A stretch of 64,000 nt of DNA from a bacterium (GTDB lineage: Bacteria > Patescibacteriota > CPR2 > UBA1875 > JAJYID01), in the NCBI GenBank assembly GCA_021787535.1, contig JAJYLR010000002.1, positions 24,556-88,555 of the forward strand, read 5' to 3'. Below the pieces are notes generated by a model. That model saw nothing but the letters and a program-made list of their open reading frames with translations, was not told the origin of the DNA and ran no database searches. The translations under genes and the position numbers were made by a program. This document shows positions 1-8,001 of the stretch, piece by piece (within the stretch, counting starts at the first letter, position 1; each line of letters begins with the position of its first letter).

Positions 1-56
1 TCCAATATTTTGAGCTTCGAAAAGACAAATAAAGATTTACTTGGTAAAATAGGAGT

Positions 57-476
57 ATGAATCACAAAGAAAAAGTATCTATCGTTTTATCTTGTATCGA
101 TTATCGGTTTTGGCCTGATGCTCTGCCTCTCCTAGAAAAGAAATTTGGAGAATTTGATTTGATTGAGCTGGCCGGAGGAAGTAAAAATCTGGCTTCGCCT
201 GCAACTGAAGCAGATAAGCAAGCGGTGCTTGAAAGCATTAAAGTCTCAGTCGATCTGCATGGCGCGAACCAGATCATCCTCACAAATCACACAGATTGCG
301 GAGCGTACGGCGGAAGCAGAAAGTTCGCTTCAAAATCAAGCGAGATCATGTTTCACAAGCAAGAATTGGAAAAAAGCGCCAAGGTTATTAAAGATTATTT
401 CCCAAATCTTAATGTCCAAAAAGTCATAATCGATCTGGATGATAAAAACAGAATTCAACTTTTGCAAGTTTCTTAA
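57..476 (+). CDS. beta-class carbonic anhydrase-like protein (short)
   Basis: Zn-ligand motifs C-x-D-x-R (SCIDYRF) and H-x-x-C-G (HTDCGA) typical of beta-CA. Only 139 aa, shorter than canonical beta-CAs. Confidence 0.5.
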   Translation: MNHKEKVSIVLSCIDYRFWPDALPLLEKKFGEFDLIELAGGSKNLASPATEADKQAVLESIKVSVDLHGANQIILTNHTDCGAYGGSRKFASKSSEIMFHKQELEKSAKVIKDYFPNLNVQKVIIDLDDKNRIQLLQVS

Positions 477-533
477 GTTTGCTCTAAATCATTGAAAAAA
501 CGCCGGCTTTTAAGTATAATTACATGGTCATGA

Positions 534-623
534 GGTGAGGTGGCCGAGTGGTTGAAGGCAGCAGTCTTGAAAACTGCCGTGCCGGCAACGGTACCGTGGG
601 TTCGAATCCCACCCTCACCGCCA
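534..623 (+). tRNA. tRNA-Ser (anticodon TGA)
   Basis: GGTGAGG..CCCTCACC acceptor stem, anticodon loop CTTGAAA, long variable arm, T-arm GGTTCGAATCC, encoded CCA end. Confidence 0.85.
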
Positions 624-660
624 TGTACCGTCTGGTACATGGCACCGCCAAATAAATGCT

Positions 661-930
661 ATGAATAAATTTTATTACGTTTATGTTTTGTTGTGTAAAG
701 ATGGAAAATCTTATACAGGTTCGACGAGTAATTTGAAAGCAAGGGTTGAAAAACACAAAAGCGGTCAAGTTTTAGCAACAAAGCATAGGATACCAGTTAA
801 ACTGATATTTTACGAAGCATATTTGAATAAGTATGATGCATTAAGAAGAGAGAAATATCTAAAGTCATCAAAGGGTAAGACAACCCTAAAAACAATGTTA
901 AAAGAGTATTTTGAGCAAAATTTAGTATAA
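661..930 (+). CDS. stand-alone GIY-YIG nuclease domain protein (UPF0213/YhbQ-like)
   Basis: N-terminal YYVYVL..GKSYTGST..L..R..H matches GIY-YIG motifs. 89 aa, no extra DNA-binding domain. Confidence 0.7.
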   Translation: MNKFYYVYVLLCKDGKSYTGSTSNLKARVEKHKSGQVLATKHRIPVKLIFYEAYLNKYDALRREKYLKSSKGKTTLKTMLKEYFEQNLV

Positions 931-939
931 TAAATCCGT

Positions 940-1032
940 GGTGAGGTACCCAAGTGGCTGAAGGGGCGGGTTTGCTAAACCTGTAGGTCGGAGTTTTCCG
1001 GCGCGAGAGTTCGAATCTCTCCCTCACCGCCA
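940..1032 (+). tRNA. tRNA-Ser (anticodon GCT)
   Basis: Same GGTGAGG/CCCTCACC acceptor as the first tRNA, anticodon loop TTGCTAA, long variable arm, T-arm AGTTCGAATCT, encoded CCA. Confidence 0.85.
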
Positions 1033-1092
1033 TAAACTGTCTGGTATAGGCACCGACAAAGTTCAGAAATCATATAAAAGTAGTTAAGCTAA

Positions 1093-1123
1093 ATTGCAAG
1101 GGACGGACCCTTGCAATTTTTTT
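1093..1123 (+). terminator. rho-independent terminator after tRNA pair
   Basis: TTGCAAGGG-acgga-CCCTTGCAA hairpin followed by a T7 run. Confidence 0.7.
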
Positions 1124-1144
1124 GAAAATTGAAACATTAAAAAA

Positions 1145-2824
1145 TTGATTGATCATTGGAAATTGGAAATTGGTCATTTCCTTCGGTTGTGCTATCATTT
1201 AGCCATGGCAGATGATCTTGATATAGTTTCAAAAGCCAAGTTAGTTAATAGAAACTCTCTTGAGCAAAAGATAATGGATGAGGCAAACCGGCTCGATCTG
1301 CCGTATTTTGACTTGCGTGAAACGGCTCTATCCAAAGAAATCCTAGAAAACTTTGATTCGAAGGACTTTTTCGACTATGCGGTTATTCCAATAAAGGAAG
1401 AAAAAGGCACGCTCGTAATCGCTTCGCCAAATCCGAGATCTGATAAAGTAAACCAGTTTAAGAAAAAGTATGCCAAACCATTCCCAAAAATGACGGCGGG
1501 AATGATTTCCAACGAGAGTTTTGAAGATAATAAAGATCTTTTAAAAAGCATTGTCAGAGTTACTCCGCAAGAGGCAGCCGGCGAGATGGACGTTACGGCA
1601 ATGAAAGTTGGTGAAAAATCTTTTGAAGAATTCCAAAAGAATCTCGATCAAGCGCCGATCCAAAACCTTTTAAAAGTAGTGATAGTGGAGGGCTTTGCCC
1701 TAAATGCTTCAGATATTCACATAGAGCCGGCCGATGAGGAGGCAGCAATACGTTTCCGCATGGACGGCGTCTTGCACAAGGCGGGGGAACTCACAAAAGA
1801 AAAATATAAGTATCTCCTCTCGCAGGTGGAGCTCAGATCAGGACTGAAACTCAATGTCAACTATCCGCAAAACGGCCGTTTCAAAGTTAAGTTTGATGAT
1901 AAAAGCGAACTTGCGGTCAGAATCGAGGTTATGCCTTCACTCTACGGCTCTGATATCGTTATTCGTATTTTCAATGTTGAAGCTGATTTTTTGAATATCA
2001 ACGAGCTGGGCATTCGCGACATCCAGCTGCCAATCTTAGAGTCAGCTCTTATCCGCCCCCATGGCATGATCCTGGTTGTCGGACCTACCGGCGCCGGAAA
2101 AACCACGACTATTTACTCTATCTTAAACAAATTGAATGCACCGGAGATCAAACTTATCACTCTGGAAGATCCGATTGAGTATACTCTGCCCGGCGCGACA
2201 CAGTCGCAAATCAATGAGGGCGAGAACTTTGCCGGCCGGCTGAAAGCAGTGCTCCGGGAAGATCCGGACATCATCATGCTCGGCGAAATTCGCGACGCAG
2301 AAACAGCCAAGACGGCCCTGCAAGCAGCTATTACCGGACATCTTCTCATCACAACCTTGCATGCCAATGACGCGGTAACGGCCGTACCGAGAATAATCGG
2401 GCTTGTAGAAGATGCTTCATCCTTTCTTGACGCCGTCAATATTATTATTGCCCAGCGTCTTGTGCGAAAAATTTGCACGCACTGCCGCAAAGAATACAAA
2501 CCCTCAGATAACGAGATGGCGGAGATTAATAAAATCATTGATAATCTGCCCATCGAGCACAAGCCGAAAAAACCGCCTGAATTCTTTCATGGCACGGGCT
2601 GCGACAAATGCACAAACATCGGTTATAAAGGGCGAATCGGCATATACGAACTTTTGCAAGTCTCACCGGATTTTCAAAGAGCGGTGATAGAAAACAGCAC
2701 TCTGCACGAGTTAAAAGAAATTGCCGTGCGTGACGGAATGCTGACCATGGAACAGGACGGCTTCCTAAAAGCCATCGCGGGAACAGTCGATATTGTTGAA
2801 GTACTAAAAGTAATTAAAGAATGA
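1145..2824 (+). CDS. PilB/GspE-family type II secretion / type IV pilus assembly ATPase
   Basis: Walker A VVGPTGAGKTTT, Asp box, His box TTLHAND, tetracysteine zinc motif CTHC..CDKC, N-terminal GspE_N-like region. 559 aa is PilB-sized rather than VirB11-sized. True start may be Met at 1205. Confidence 0.85.
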   Translation: MIDHWKLEIGHFLRLCYHLAMADDLDIVSKAKLVNRNSLEQKIMDEANRLDLPYFDLRETALSKEILENFDSKDFFDYAVIPIKEEKGTLVIASPNPRSDKVNQFKKKYAKPFPKMTAGMISNESFEDNKDLLKSIVRVTPQEAAGEMDVTAMKVGEKSFEEFQKNLDQAPIQNLLKVVIVEGFALNASDIHIEPADEEAAIRFRMDGVLHKAGELTKEKYKYLLSQVELRSGLKLNVNYPQNGRFKVKFDDKSELAVRIEVMPSLYGSDIVIRIFNVEADFLNINELGIRDIQLPILESALIRPHGMILVVGPTGAGKTTTIYSILNKLNAPEIKLITLEDPIEYTLPGATQSQINEGENFAGRLKAVLREDPDIIMLGEIRDAETAKTALQAAITGHLLITTLHANDAVTAVPRIIGLVEDASSFLDAVNIIIAQRLVRKICTHCRKEYKPSDNEMAEINKIIDNLPIEHKPKKPPEFFHGTGCDKCTNIGYKGRIGIYELLQVSPDFQRAVIENSTLHELKEIAVRDGMLTMEQDGFLKAIAGTVDIVEVLKVIKE

Positions 2825-2905
2825 AGAGAATATTGGAGGCGTTAAAAAGGTTGGGTATGAAAAACAAAATTTCTCCAAGCAAGGCGATCCTTCACTTCTA
2901 ACATT

Positions 2906-3601
2906 TTACTTATTTCTCGCCAGTACAAATCCCCAAACCCGTGTCGCGCCCATTTTGCGGATTTCATGAGCACAGGCATCCAGCGTCGCCCCGCTTGTCA
3001 CAAGGTCATCAACAATCATTACCTGAGCTCCGCTTAAATCCATTTTTTTGCCGGCGGCGAAGGATTTTTCTACGTTTTTGAATCTCTCCTTACGGTTCAG
3101 CTGAGTCTGAGGGGTCTTATACTTTGTACGTTTTAAGAGGTTCGGGTAAAACCTCATGCCGGTATGCGCCGCGAGAATCCGAGCCAGCTCTTCGGCTTGG
3201 TTATATCCCCGCCAAGCCAGTCTTTTAGGATTTGAAGGTACGCAAGTTAAAATAGTTTTTTGAGGAAAGTCGTTCAGATAGGGCCAGGCAATATCGGCTA
3301 AATCATCTTTGAGCGCCTTGATAAATTCATATTTATACGTGTGAATGGCAGTTTTGAGCGGTTCTTCATAGTGCGCTGCTACGTAAACACCGGTGAGAGA
3401 ACTTTTACAGCTCGGGCAAACTCTGCCCCGAACAGTGATTTTGTTGCAAAAGGGACAGTTTTGGGTTTTTAAAAAAAGAATCTTCGCCCGGCATTTCTCG
3501 CAGAAAAGGGTATCAAACTTGCCGCAAGACACGCATTTTTTTGGAAACATAATATCGAGCAAAAATTCAGTGATTTTCTCTTTTTTACTTTGATTTTTCA
3601 T
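2906..3601 (-). CDS. comF: ComF family competence protein (PRTase domain)
   Basis: N-terminal Cys-rich zinc finger (CVSCG..CEKC..CPFC..CPSC) plus PRTase motif VMIVDDLVTSGATL. Confidence 0.8.
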   Translation of the reverse strand: MKNQSKKEKITEFLLDIMFPKKCVSCGKFDTLFCEKCRAKILFLKTQNCPFCNKITVRGRVCPSCKSSLTGVYVAAHYEEPLKTAIHTYKYEFIKALKDDLADIAWPYLNDFPQKTILTCVPSNPKRLAWRGYNQAEELARILAAHTGMRFYPNLLKRTKYKTPQTQLNRKERFKNVEKSFAAGKKMDLSGAQVMIVDDLVTSGATLDACAHEIRKMGATRVWGFVLARNK

Positions 3602-3695
3602 TAAAATGCCACTTAAATTTCCTCTTGCATTATTAACAAATTTGAGCTACCATGATAGCAACAAATTATAGGATTTTAAAGCACTAGGAGGGCAT

Positions 3696-4109
3696 ATGAA
3701 AAAAGACAGCACTCTCACGGATGAAGGTTTCTTTGCGGGTGGCGCAGTGCAGGAACAATGGGATAGCGATGACGACGCAGACGGTCAGCTCGCCGTCGAC
3801 GTTTACCAGACAAAGAAAGACGTTGTGGTAAAAGCGCCTGTGGCAGGCGTGGATCCTGAAAATATCGATATCGATGTTACAAACGAGTCGGTAGCAATCC
3901 GGGGTGAGAGATATGATGAAAAAGAAGTAGATCAGGAGGGTTATCATTTTCAGGAATGCTATTGGGGTTCATTTGCCCGCAGCGTCGCTCTACCAGTGGA
4001 ATGTGATGCCGACAAAGCAGACGCTACTTTCAAAAACGGCATTTTAACTATCCGTATGCCAAAGCTGGTAAAGACCAAGACCAAGAAAGTCAAAGTCAAA
4101 GCCGCTTAA
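3696..4109 (+). CDS. Hsp20/alpha-crystallin family small heat-shock protein
   Basis: Alpha-crystallin domain pattern (DVYQTKKDVVVKAPVAGVDPENIDIDV..AIRGER...FKNGILTIRMPK). Confidence 0.7.
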   Translation: MKKDSTLTDEGFFAGGAVQEQWDSDDDADGQLAVDVYQTKKDVVVKAPVAGVDPENIDIDVTNESVAIRGERYDEKEVDQEGYHFQECYWGSFARSVALPVECDADKADATFKNGILTIRMPKLVKTKTKKVKVKAA

Positions 4110-4135
4110 AGGATTGTGACAAAATGAATTCAAAG

Positions 4136-4157
4136 AAGGCCTAGCTGGCCTTTTTTG
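4136..4157 (+). terminator. rho-independent terminator after Hsp20 gene
   Basis: AAGGCC-tagct-GGCCTT hairpin followed by TTTTTT. Confidence 0.6.
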
Positions 4158-4411
4158 TTTACCCATAAAAACCTGAACACCCTCACCTTTGTCATTCCGG
4201 ACTATTCCTTTAAAAAACATAATCAGTTGATCCGGCATCCAGTGTAAAGAATGATTCTGGCCAAGCTCTTCGAGTCTGAGCGATGAGTTCACCTCAGAGT
4301 CGAAAACCGCTCGCCACTAGCGTGGAGTTGGCCGGAATGACAGTGCAGGTGATATTAAATTGAATTTCCGGATTTACGGATAAAAAATTTGGAAAATTTG
4401 GAAAATGGGGG

Positions 4412-4440
4412 TTGACAAATAGTAGACAATTATATAAAAT
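4412..4440 (+). promoter_or_regulatory. sigma70-type promoter with flanking 10-bp inverted repeat
   Basis: TTGACA, 17 nt, TAAAAT (within TATATAAAAT), about 30 nt upstream of ATG 4470. GACAATTAT..ATAATTGTC inverted repeat brackets the -10/TSS. Confidence 0.6.
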
Positions 4441-4469
4441 CACAATGATATAATAATTGTCTTCTAAAC

Positions 4470-5555
4470 ATGGATATAAAAGAGTTAATAATAAAGAGAT
4501 TGAATACTGCGGGTGAGGTTCGGGTTGCTGATATTGTAGATGAAACATCTTTCTCCCGAAAATACATTCACCGTTTTTTTGATGAACTTCAGAAGGAAAA
4601 TAAGATAGCAAAAATTGGCACGACAAAGGCTGCCAGGTATGTATTTTCCAGTCATCAAAAGGTTTTTGAAGCTAAAAAAAATATTATAAAGATAGATCTT
4701 CTTTTAAAAAATAGAGGGCTCAAAGAAGATTTGGTTGAAGATAAAATCAAGGAAGATACGGGTATCTTTATCGGATTATCAAAAGAAGTGAAGGCAGCGG
4801 CAGACTTTGCTTTCTTGGAAATACTTAACAACGCTATTGAGCACTCAAAAAGTGAAAACATTCGCGTCACTATGTCGAGGATGGAAAACAAGCTTATTTT
4901 TGACATTTTTGATTGGGGAGTAGGCGTATTTGCCAGTATTAGAAAAAAGAAGGGGCTCCAAAATGATCTTGAAGCTATCCAAGATCTTTTAAAAGGAAAG
5001 GAAACAACTAACCCGGCAAGACACACGGGGCAAGGAATTTTTTTTACTGCGCGTATCGCTGATAGGTTTATTCTATATAGTTCGAAAAAAAAGCTGATTT
5101 TTGATAATAATATCGATGATGTTTTCTTGAAAGATTCTCCCGCCAGAAAGGGTACAAGGGCTCATTTTGAAGTTGCTCTGGATACAAAGAAGAAATCGGA
5201 AGAAATTTTTAGGCGTTATTCGGATCCTGACTCTTATGAATTCTCAAAAACCGAGGTAATGATCCATCTCTACAAAATGGATATTGGCTACATATCTCGT
5301 TCTCAGGCGAGAAGAGTAACGGCGGGGCTTGAAAAATTTAAATCGGTCGTGTTGGACTTTAGCAGGGTGGATACGATTGGACAAGGTTTTGCCGATGAAG
5401 TTTTTCGCGTATGGCAGAAAAGGAATCCGAAAACAAGGATCTCCTATAAAAATGCTGATGAAAATGTGCAGTTTATGATAGAGCGTGCAAAATCAGATTT
5501 AAAGAATCATTTTGATCGGCACCAAAAAAAACAAAACAAAGATATTGACAAATGA
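4470..5555 (+). CDS. wHTH - GHKL (RsbW/SpoIIAB-like HATPase_c) - STAS-like (DUF4325-type) fusion regulator
   Basis: N-terminal winged-helix-like region. GHKL N-box EILNNAIEHS, G1 DWGVG, G2 GQGIFF. C-terminal about 100 aa STAS-like segment (VVLDFSRVDTIGQGFADEVF). Confidence 0.6.
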   Translation: MDIKELIIKRLNTAGEVRVADIVDETSFSRKYIHRFFDELQKENKIAKIGTTKAARYVFSSHQKVFEAKKNIIKIDLLLKNRGLKEDLVEDKIKEDTGIFIGLSKEVKAAADFAFLEILNNAIEHSKSENIRVTMSRMENKLIFDIFDWGVGVFASIRKKKGLQNDLEAIQDLLKGKETTNPARHTGQGIFFTARIADRFILYSSKKKLIFDNNIDDVFLKDSPARKGTRAHFEVALDTKKKSEEIFRRYSDPDSYEFSKTEVMIHLYKMDIGYISRSQARRVTAGLEKFKSVVLDFSRVDTIGQGFADEVFRVWQKRNPKTRISYKNADENVQFMIERAKSDLKNHFDRHQKKQNKDIDK

Positions 5556-5691
5556 GCTGTTTTATGATATCTTAATATAACCGATTCTCGAAAATCGGAG
5601 CAAGCAAGTTCTTTGAAAATAATTGAGATGTATGTTTCCCTGTTTTTCCGCCTATTGGCGATTCCGATATTCAAACAAAGGAGTGATTTGC

Positions 5692-6483
5692 ATGAAAACG
5701 ACAAAATGGATATTTGCATTAGCAGCACTCGTCATTATCGCAATTTTGGCTGTTACCACCACCGGCTGCGGTAGCGACAACGGCACCGCCCGGGCCGGCA
5801 ACTCACCGACAACCGAAAACAGCAGTGGCCCGAATGGCCAGAACGGCCCCAAGCCCGATAAGATCAGTATGCTGAGCGACAAGTGGAGTAAGGTGACCAC
5901 TGCCAAAGCCGCTCTGGAAAATGCGGTATTTGCGGCTGAAGCGAATGAAACCGGCGGAGACGCTTATTTCAAGGATAGCCAAGCGAGGGAATTCACAAAG
6001 AATGTCGATGACGCGCAAGCAGCATTCGATTCCGCCTTGAAAGAGTATATCCAGCTCGCATCCGGCGTTGATGCGCAAGGGCTTACTGACAGCGGCTTGC
6101 CGACCATTGACGGCGATCATCTGATATTGGACAACGACTTAAAGCCATCTTGGGATGCTGCCGTAGACGCAGACAAGCAGATACAGGTCTTGGCGGGGAC
6201 TATGTGCAAATCAAAATGCTATGCCCTCAGCGATCCAAAGTATCAGAGCCAAGTACAGGACGCTTTGAGCAAGTGGCAAACGGCCGCCAAAAACTACAAC
6301 GAGCAGGCAGCCAAGTTCAAGAGCGACCTTCTGGTTGCCTATAGCTACCCTGTATCGTTGGATGTCTCTTTCAAAATGAGCGCGATTGATGGAATTGATA
6401 AATATGGCGACACTGGATACACAACACCAATGGCATCCATTCGCTATGCGCTGGAGAATAACCAGCCGCTGCCCAGCGGTTAA
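5692..6483 (+). CDS. secreted lipoprotein, unknown function
   Basis: RBS AAGGAG before ATG 5692. Signal peptide plus lipobox-like VTTTGC. Ala/Asp/Gln-rich mature region. The ORF track start 5623 lacks an RBS. Confidence 0.6.
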   Translation: MKTTKWIFALAALVIIAILAVTTTGCGSDNGTARAGNSPTTENSSGPNGQNGPKPDKISMLSDKWSKVTTAKAALENAVFAAEANETGGDAYFKDSQAREFTKNVDDAQAAFDSALKEYIQLASGVDAQGLTDSGLPTIDGDHLILDNDLKPSWDAAVDADKQIQVLAGTMCKSKCYALSDPKYQSQVQDALSKWQTAAKNYNEQAAKFKSDLLVAYSYPVSLDVSFKMSAIDGIDKYGDTGYTTPMASIRYALENNQPLPSG

Positions 6484-6505
6484 GTAACAGCATTACATCT
6501 CAAAA

Positions 6506-6536
6506 AAAGGCCCCATTCCGGGGCCTTTTGTTTTTT
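6506..6536 (+). terminator. rho-independent terminator
   Basis: GGCCCC-attcc-GGGGCC hairpin followed by TTTTGTTTTTT. Confidence 0.75.
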
Positions 6537-6589
6537 CATTTTAGTTTTTATACTTTACAAAAGAAACAGAAAATCATTATAATACGCTT

Positions 6590-7150
6590 ATGAACACTTT
6601 TGGCATGAAGCTTGGCTCATTAACACTTGCTTTTTTGTTTTCAATGTTTGTGGTAATCTGTTTCCCCAGCATTCGGCTTCAAAGTGTTGACGCAGCAACC
6701 CCTCTTTGCAACAACACACAAGATCCTAATTCTCCACCAGGTTGTTCTCAAACACCCGTTTGCCCGTCGGGTAAGTATTATATACCTAGTCAAGATCCCA
6801 AAAAACCTGATGAAGCTTGCGTTCCACCCCCTTGTGATAATCAAAACCCTGATTATGATAATCCAGACTGTGTCAAACAAACTTTTAAATCAGTTTCCGG
6901 CGGATTTGATTTCGGCAATGCCAACAGCTTCAAAGATGTCGGCAAGACCATAATAGACACAGCCGGCGGTATTATTCTGGGAGTCGCAGTTCTCAAAATA
7001 ATTTTCGGCGGCATAATGTATTCAACCGCAGCCGGCAATCCCCAGCGAATAGAAGAAGCAAAGAGTCATATCTACTATGCCCTTATCGGCGTAGCCCTGC
7101 TTGTAGGCATGAATATTTTACTCTTTTTAATCGGAGCCCAAACATACTAG
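6590..7150 (+). CDS. T4SS pilin-like protein (VirB2/TrbC-like), paralog 1, with Cys/Pro-rich N-terminal extension
   Basis: Signal peptide. C-terminal TM - MYSTAAGNPQRIEEAK - TM module shared with the two following ORFs. Confidence 0.55.
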   Translation: MNTFGMKLGSLTLAFLFSMFVVICFPSIRLQSVDAATPLCNNTQDPNSPPGCSQTPVCPSGKYYIPSQDPKKPDEACVPPPCDNQNPDYDNPDCVKQTFKSVSGGFDFGNANSFKDVGKTIIDTAGGIILGVAVLKIIFGGIMYSTAAGNPQRIEEAKSHIYYALIGVALLVGMNILLFLIGAQTY

Positions 7151-7157
7151 CTATCCC

Positions 7158-7517
7158 ATGAAAATGAAAGAGTTAGAAAGATACAAAAAAATATTTTCCA
7201 GAACAACATTTCTTGCCCCTGGGCTTTATGTTCCTAACTTTGGTGGTCCGCTTTTGGGTGGGTGCAATATGAATGATCCAAATACTGGTGATATGCAATG
7301 TATTGTCAACAATATCACAAGTTGGGTCCTTGGACTTGCCGGCCTTGTTATAGTGTTAATGATTGTTATAGCCGGTGTCAGATATATTGTTTCGGCTGGC
7401 AACCCAAATCAAACTGAAGGCGCAAAAAAAACTCTTGTCGGCGCTATAATAGGGCTTATAATAATTATATTGGCAAAGGTTTTGATATCAATCGTCGTGA
7501 AACTTATTACAGGATAA
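7158..7517 (+). CDS. T4SS pilin-like protein (VirB2/TrbC-like), paralog 2
   Basis: TM - RYIVSAGNPNQTEGAKKTL - TM. Same conserved core as neighbours. Confidence 0.6.
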   Translation: MKMKELERYKKIFSRTTFLAPGLYVPNFGGPLLGGCNMNDPNTGDMQCIVNNITSWVLGLAGLVIVLMIVIAGVRYIVSAGNPNQTEGAKKTLVGAIIGLIIIILAKVLISIVVKLITG

Positions 7518-7616
7518 TCTCAGCTTTTAGCAAATTGTTAAATTAATTAAACAAACTAAGTTAGCTCTTTCTCAATTAATGAATACTGAGAAGAGACATA
7601 AAGGAGGTATAAAAAA

Positions 7617-7949
7617 ATGAAAGCAAAAATTACAGCGGCATCGATGGCAATAAGCCAGTTTATTTTAGCTGCTAGTGTGCGAGCGCAATCAAACCCAAAT
7701 CCACTACCGCAACCGCACAGTTCAGATCTAGGGCCAATTCTGCAAAACGTGATAAACTGGATTTTGGGCATAGCCGGTTTGCTGGCAGTGCTTATGCTTG
7801 TTATCGGCGGTATCAGATATGTGATTTCGGCCGGCAATCCGTCACAGACAGAGGGAGCAAAGAAAACCATTATCTACTCACTTGTAGGCATAGTGGTCAT
7901 CATACTCGCCGTTGTCTTGGTCAATACGGTTATAGGCCTGTTTCACTAA
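7617..7949 (+). CDS. T4SS pilin-like protein (VirB2/TrbC-like), paralog 3
   Basis: Strong RBS AAAGGAGG. Signal peptide. TM - RYVISAGNPSQTEGAKKTI - TM. Confidence 0.6.
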   Translation: MKAKITAASMAISQFILAASVRAQSNPNPLPQPHSSDLGPILQNVINWILGIAGLLAVLMLVIGGIRYVISAGNPSQTEGAKKTIIYSLVGIVVIILAVVLVNTVIGLFH

Positions 7950-8001
7950 AATCATCGGTAGAGGATAGAAATACCAAATTGTTCTTGCTCTTTAAACGCT
8001 C

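Noticed and set aside
520-1033. Minus-strand ORFs 520-768 and 797-1033
   Set aside because: They overlap the two tRNA-Ser genes. Their translations are compositionally odd, so the tRNAs explain the sequence.
2113-2562. Antisense ORFs inside large genes (also 11699-12007, 12623-12895, 13330-13924, 14314-14805, 41976-42329, 45907-46128, 47401-47754, 54738-55136, 56642-57304, 57237-57691, 60457-60944)
   Set aside because: They are fully embedded in strongly supported CDSs on the opposite strand or in another frame and have low-complexity or Ser/Arg/Pro-biased translations. They are most likely spurious.
1145-2824. Considered calling the ATPase VirB11
   Set aside because: 559 aa with an N-terminal GspE_N-like region and tetracysteine motif fits PilB/GspE rather than the about 330-aa VirB11. 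Adjacency to ComF supports a competence or type IV pilus role.
3393-3593. ORFs 3393-3593(+) and 3684-3947(-)
   Set aside because: They overlap comF and the Hsp20 gene on the opposite strand with no RBS or motifs.
4381-4410. Short tandem repeat TTTGGAAAAT x2 and other repeats checked as possible CRISPR
   Set aside because: Only two copies and no spacer-repeat periodicity. No CRISPR array anywhere in the window.
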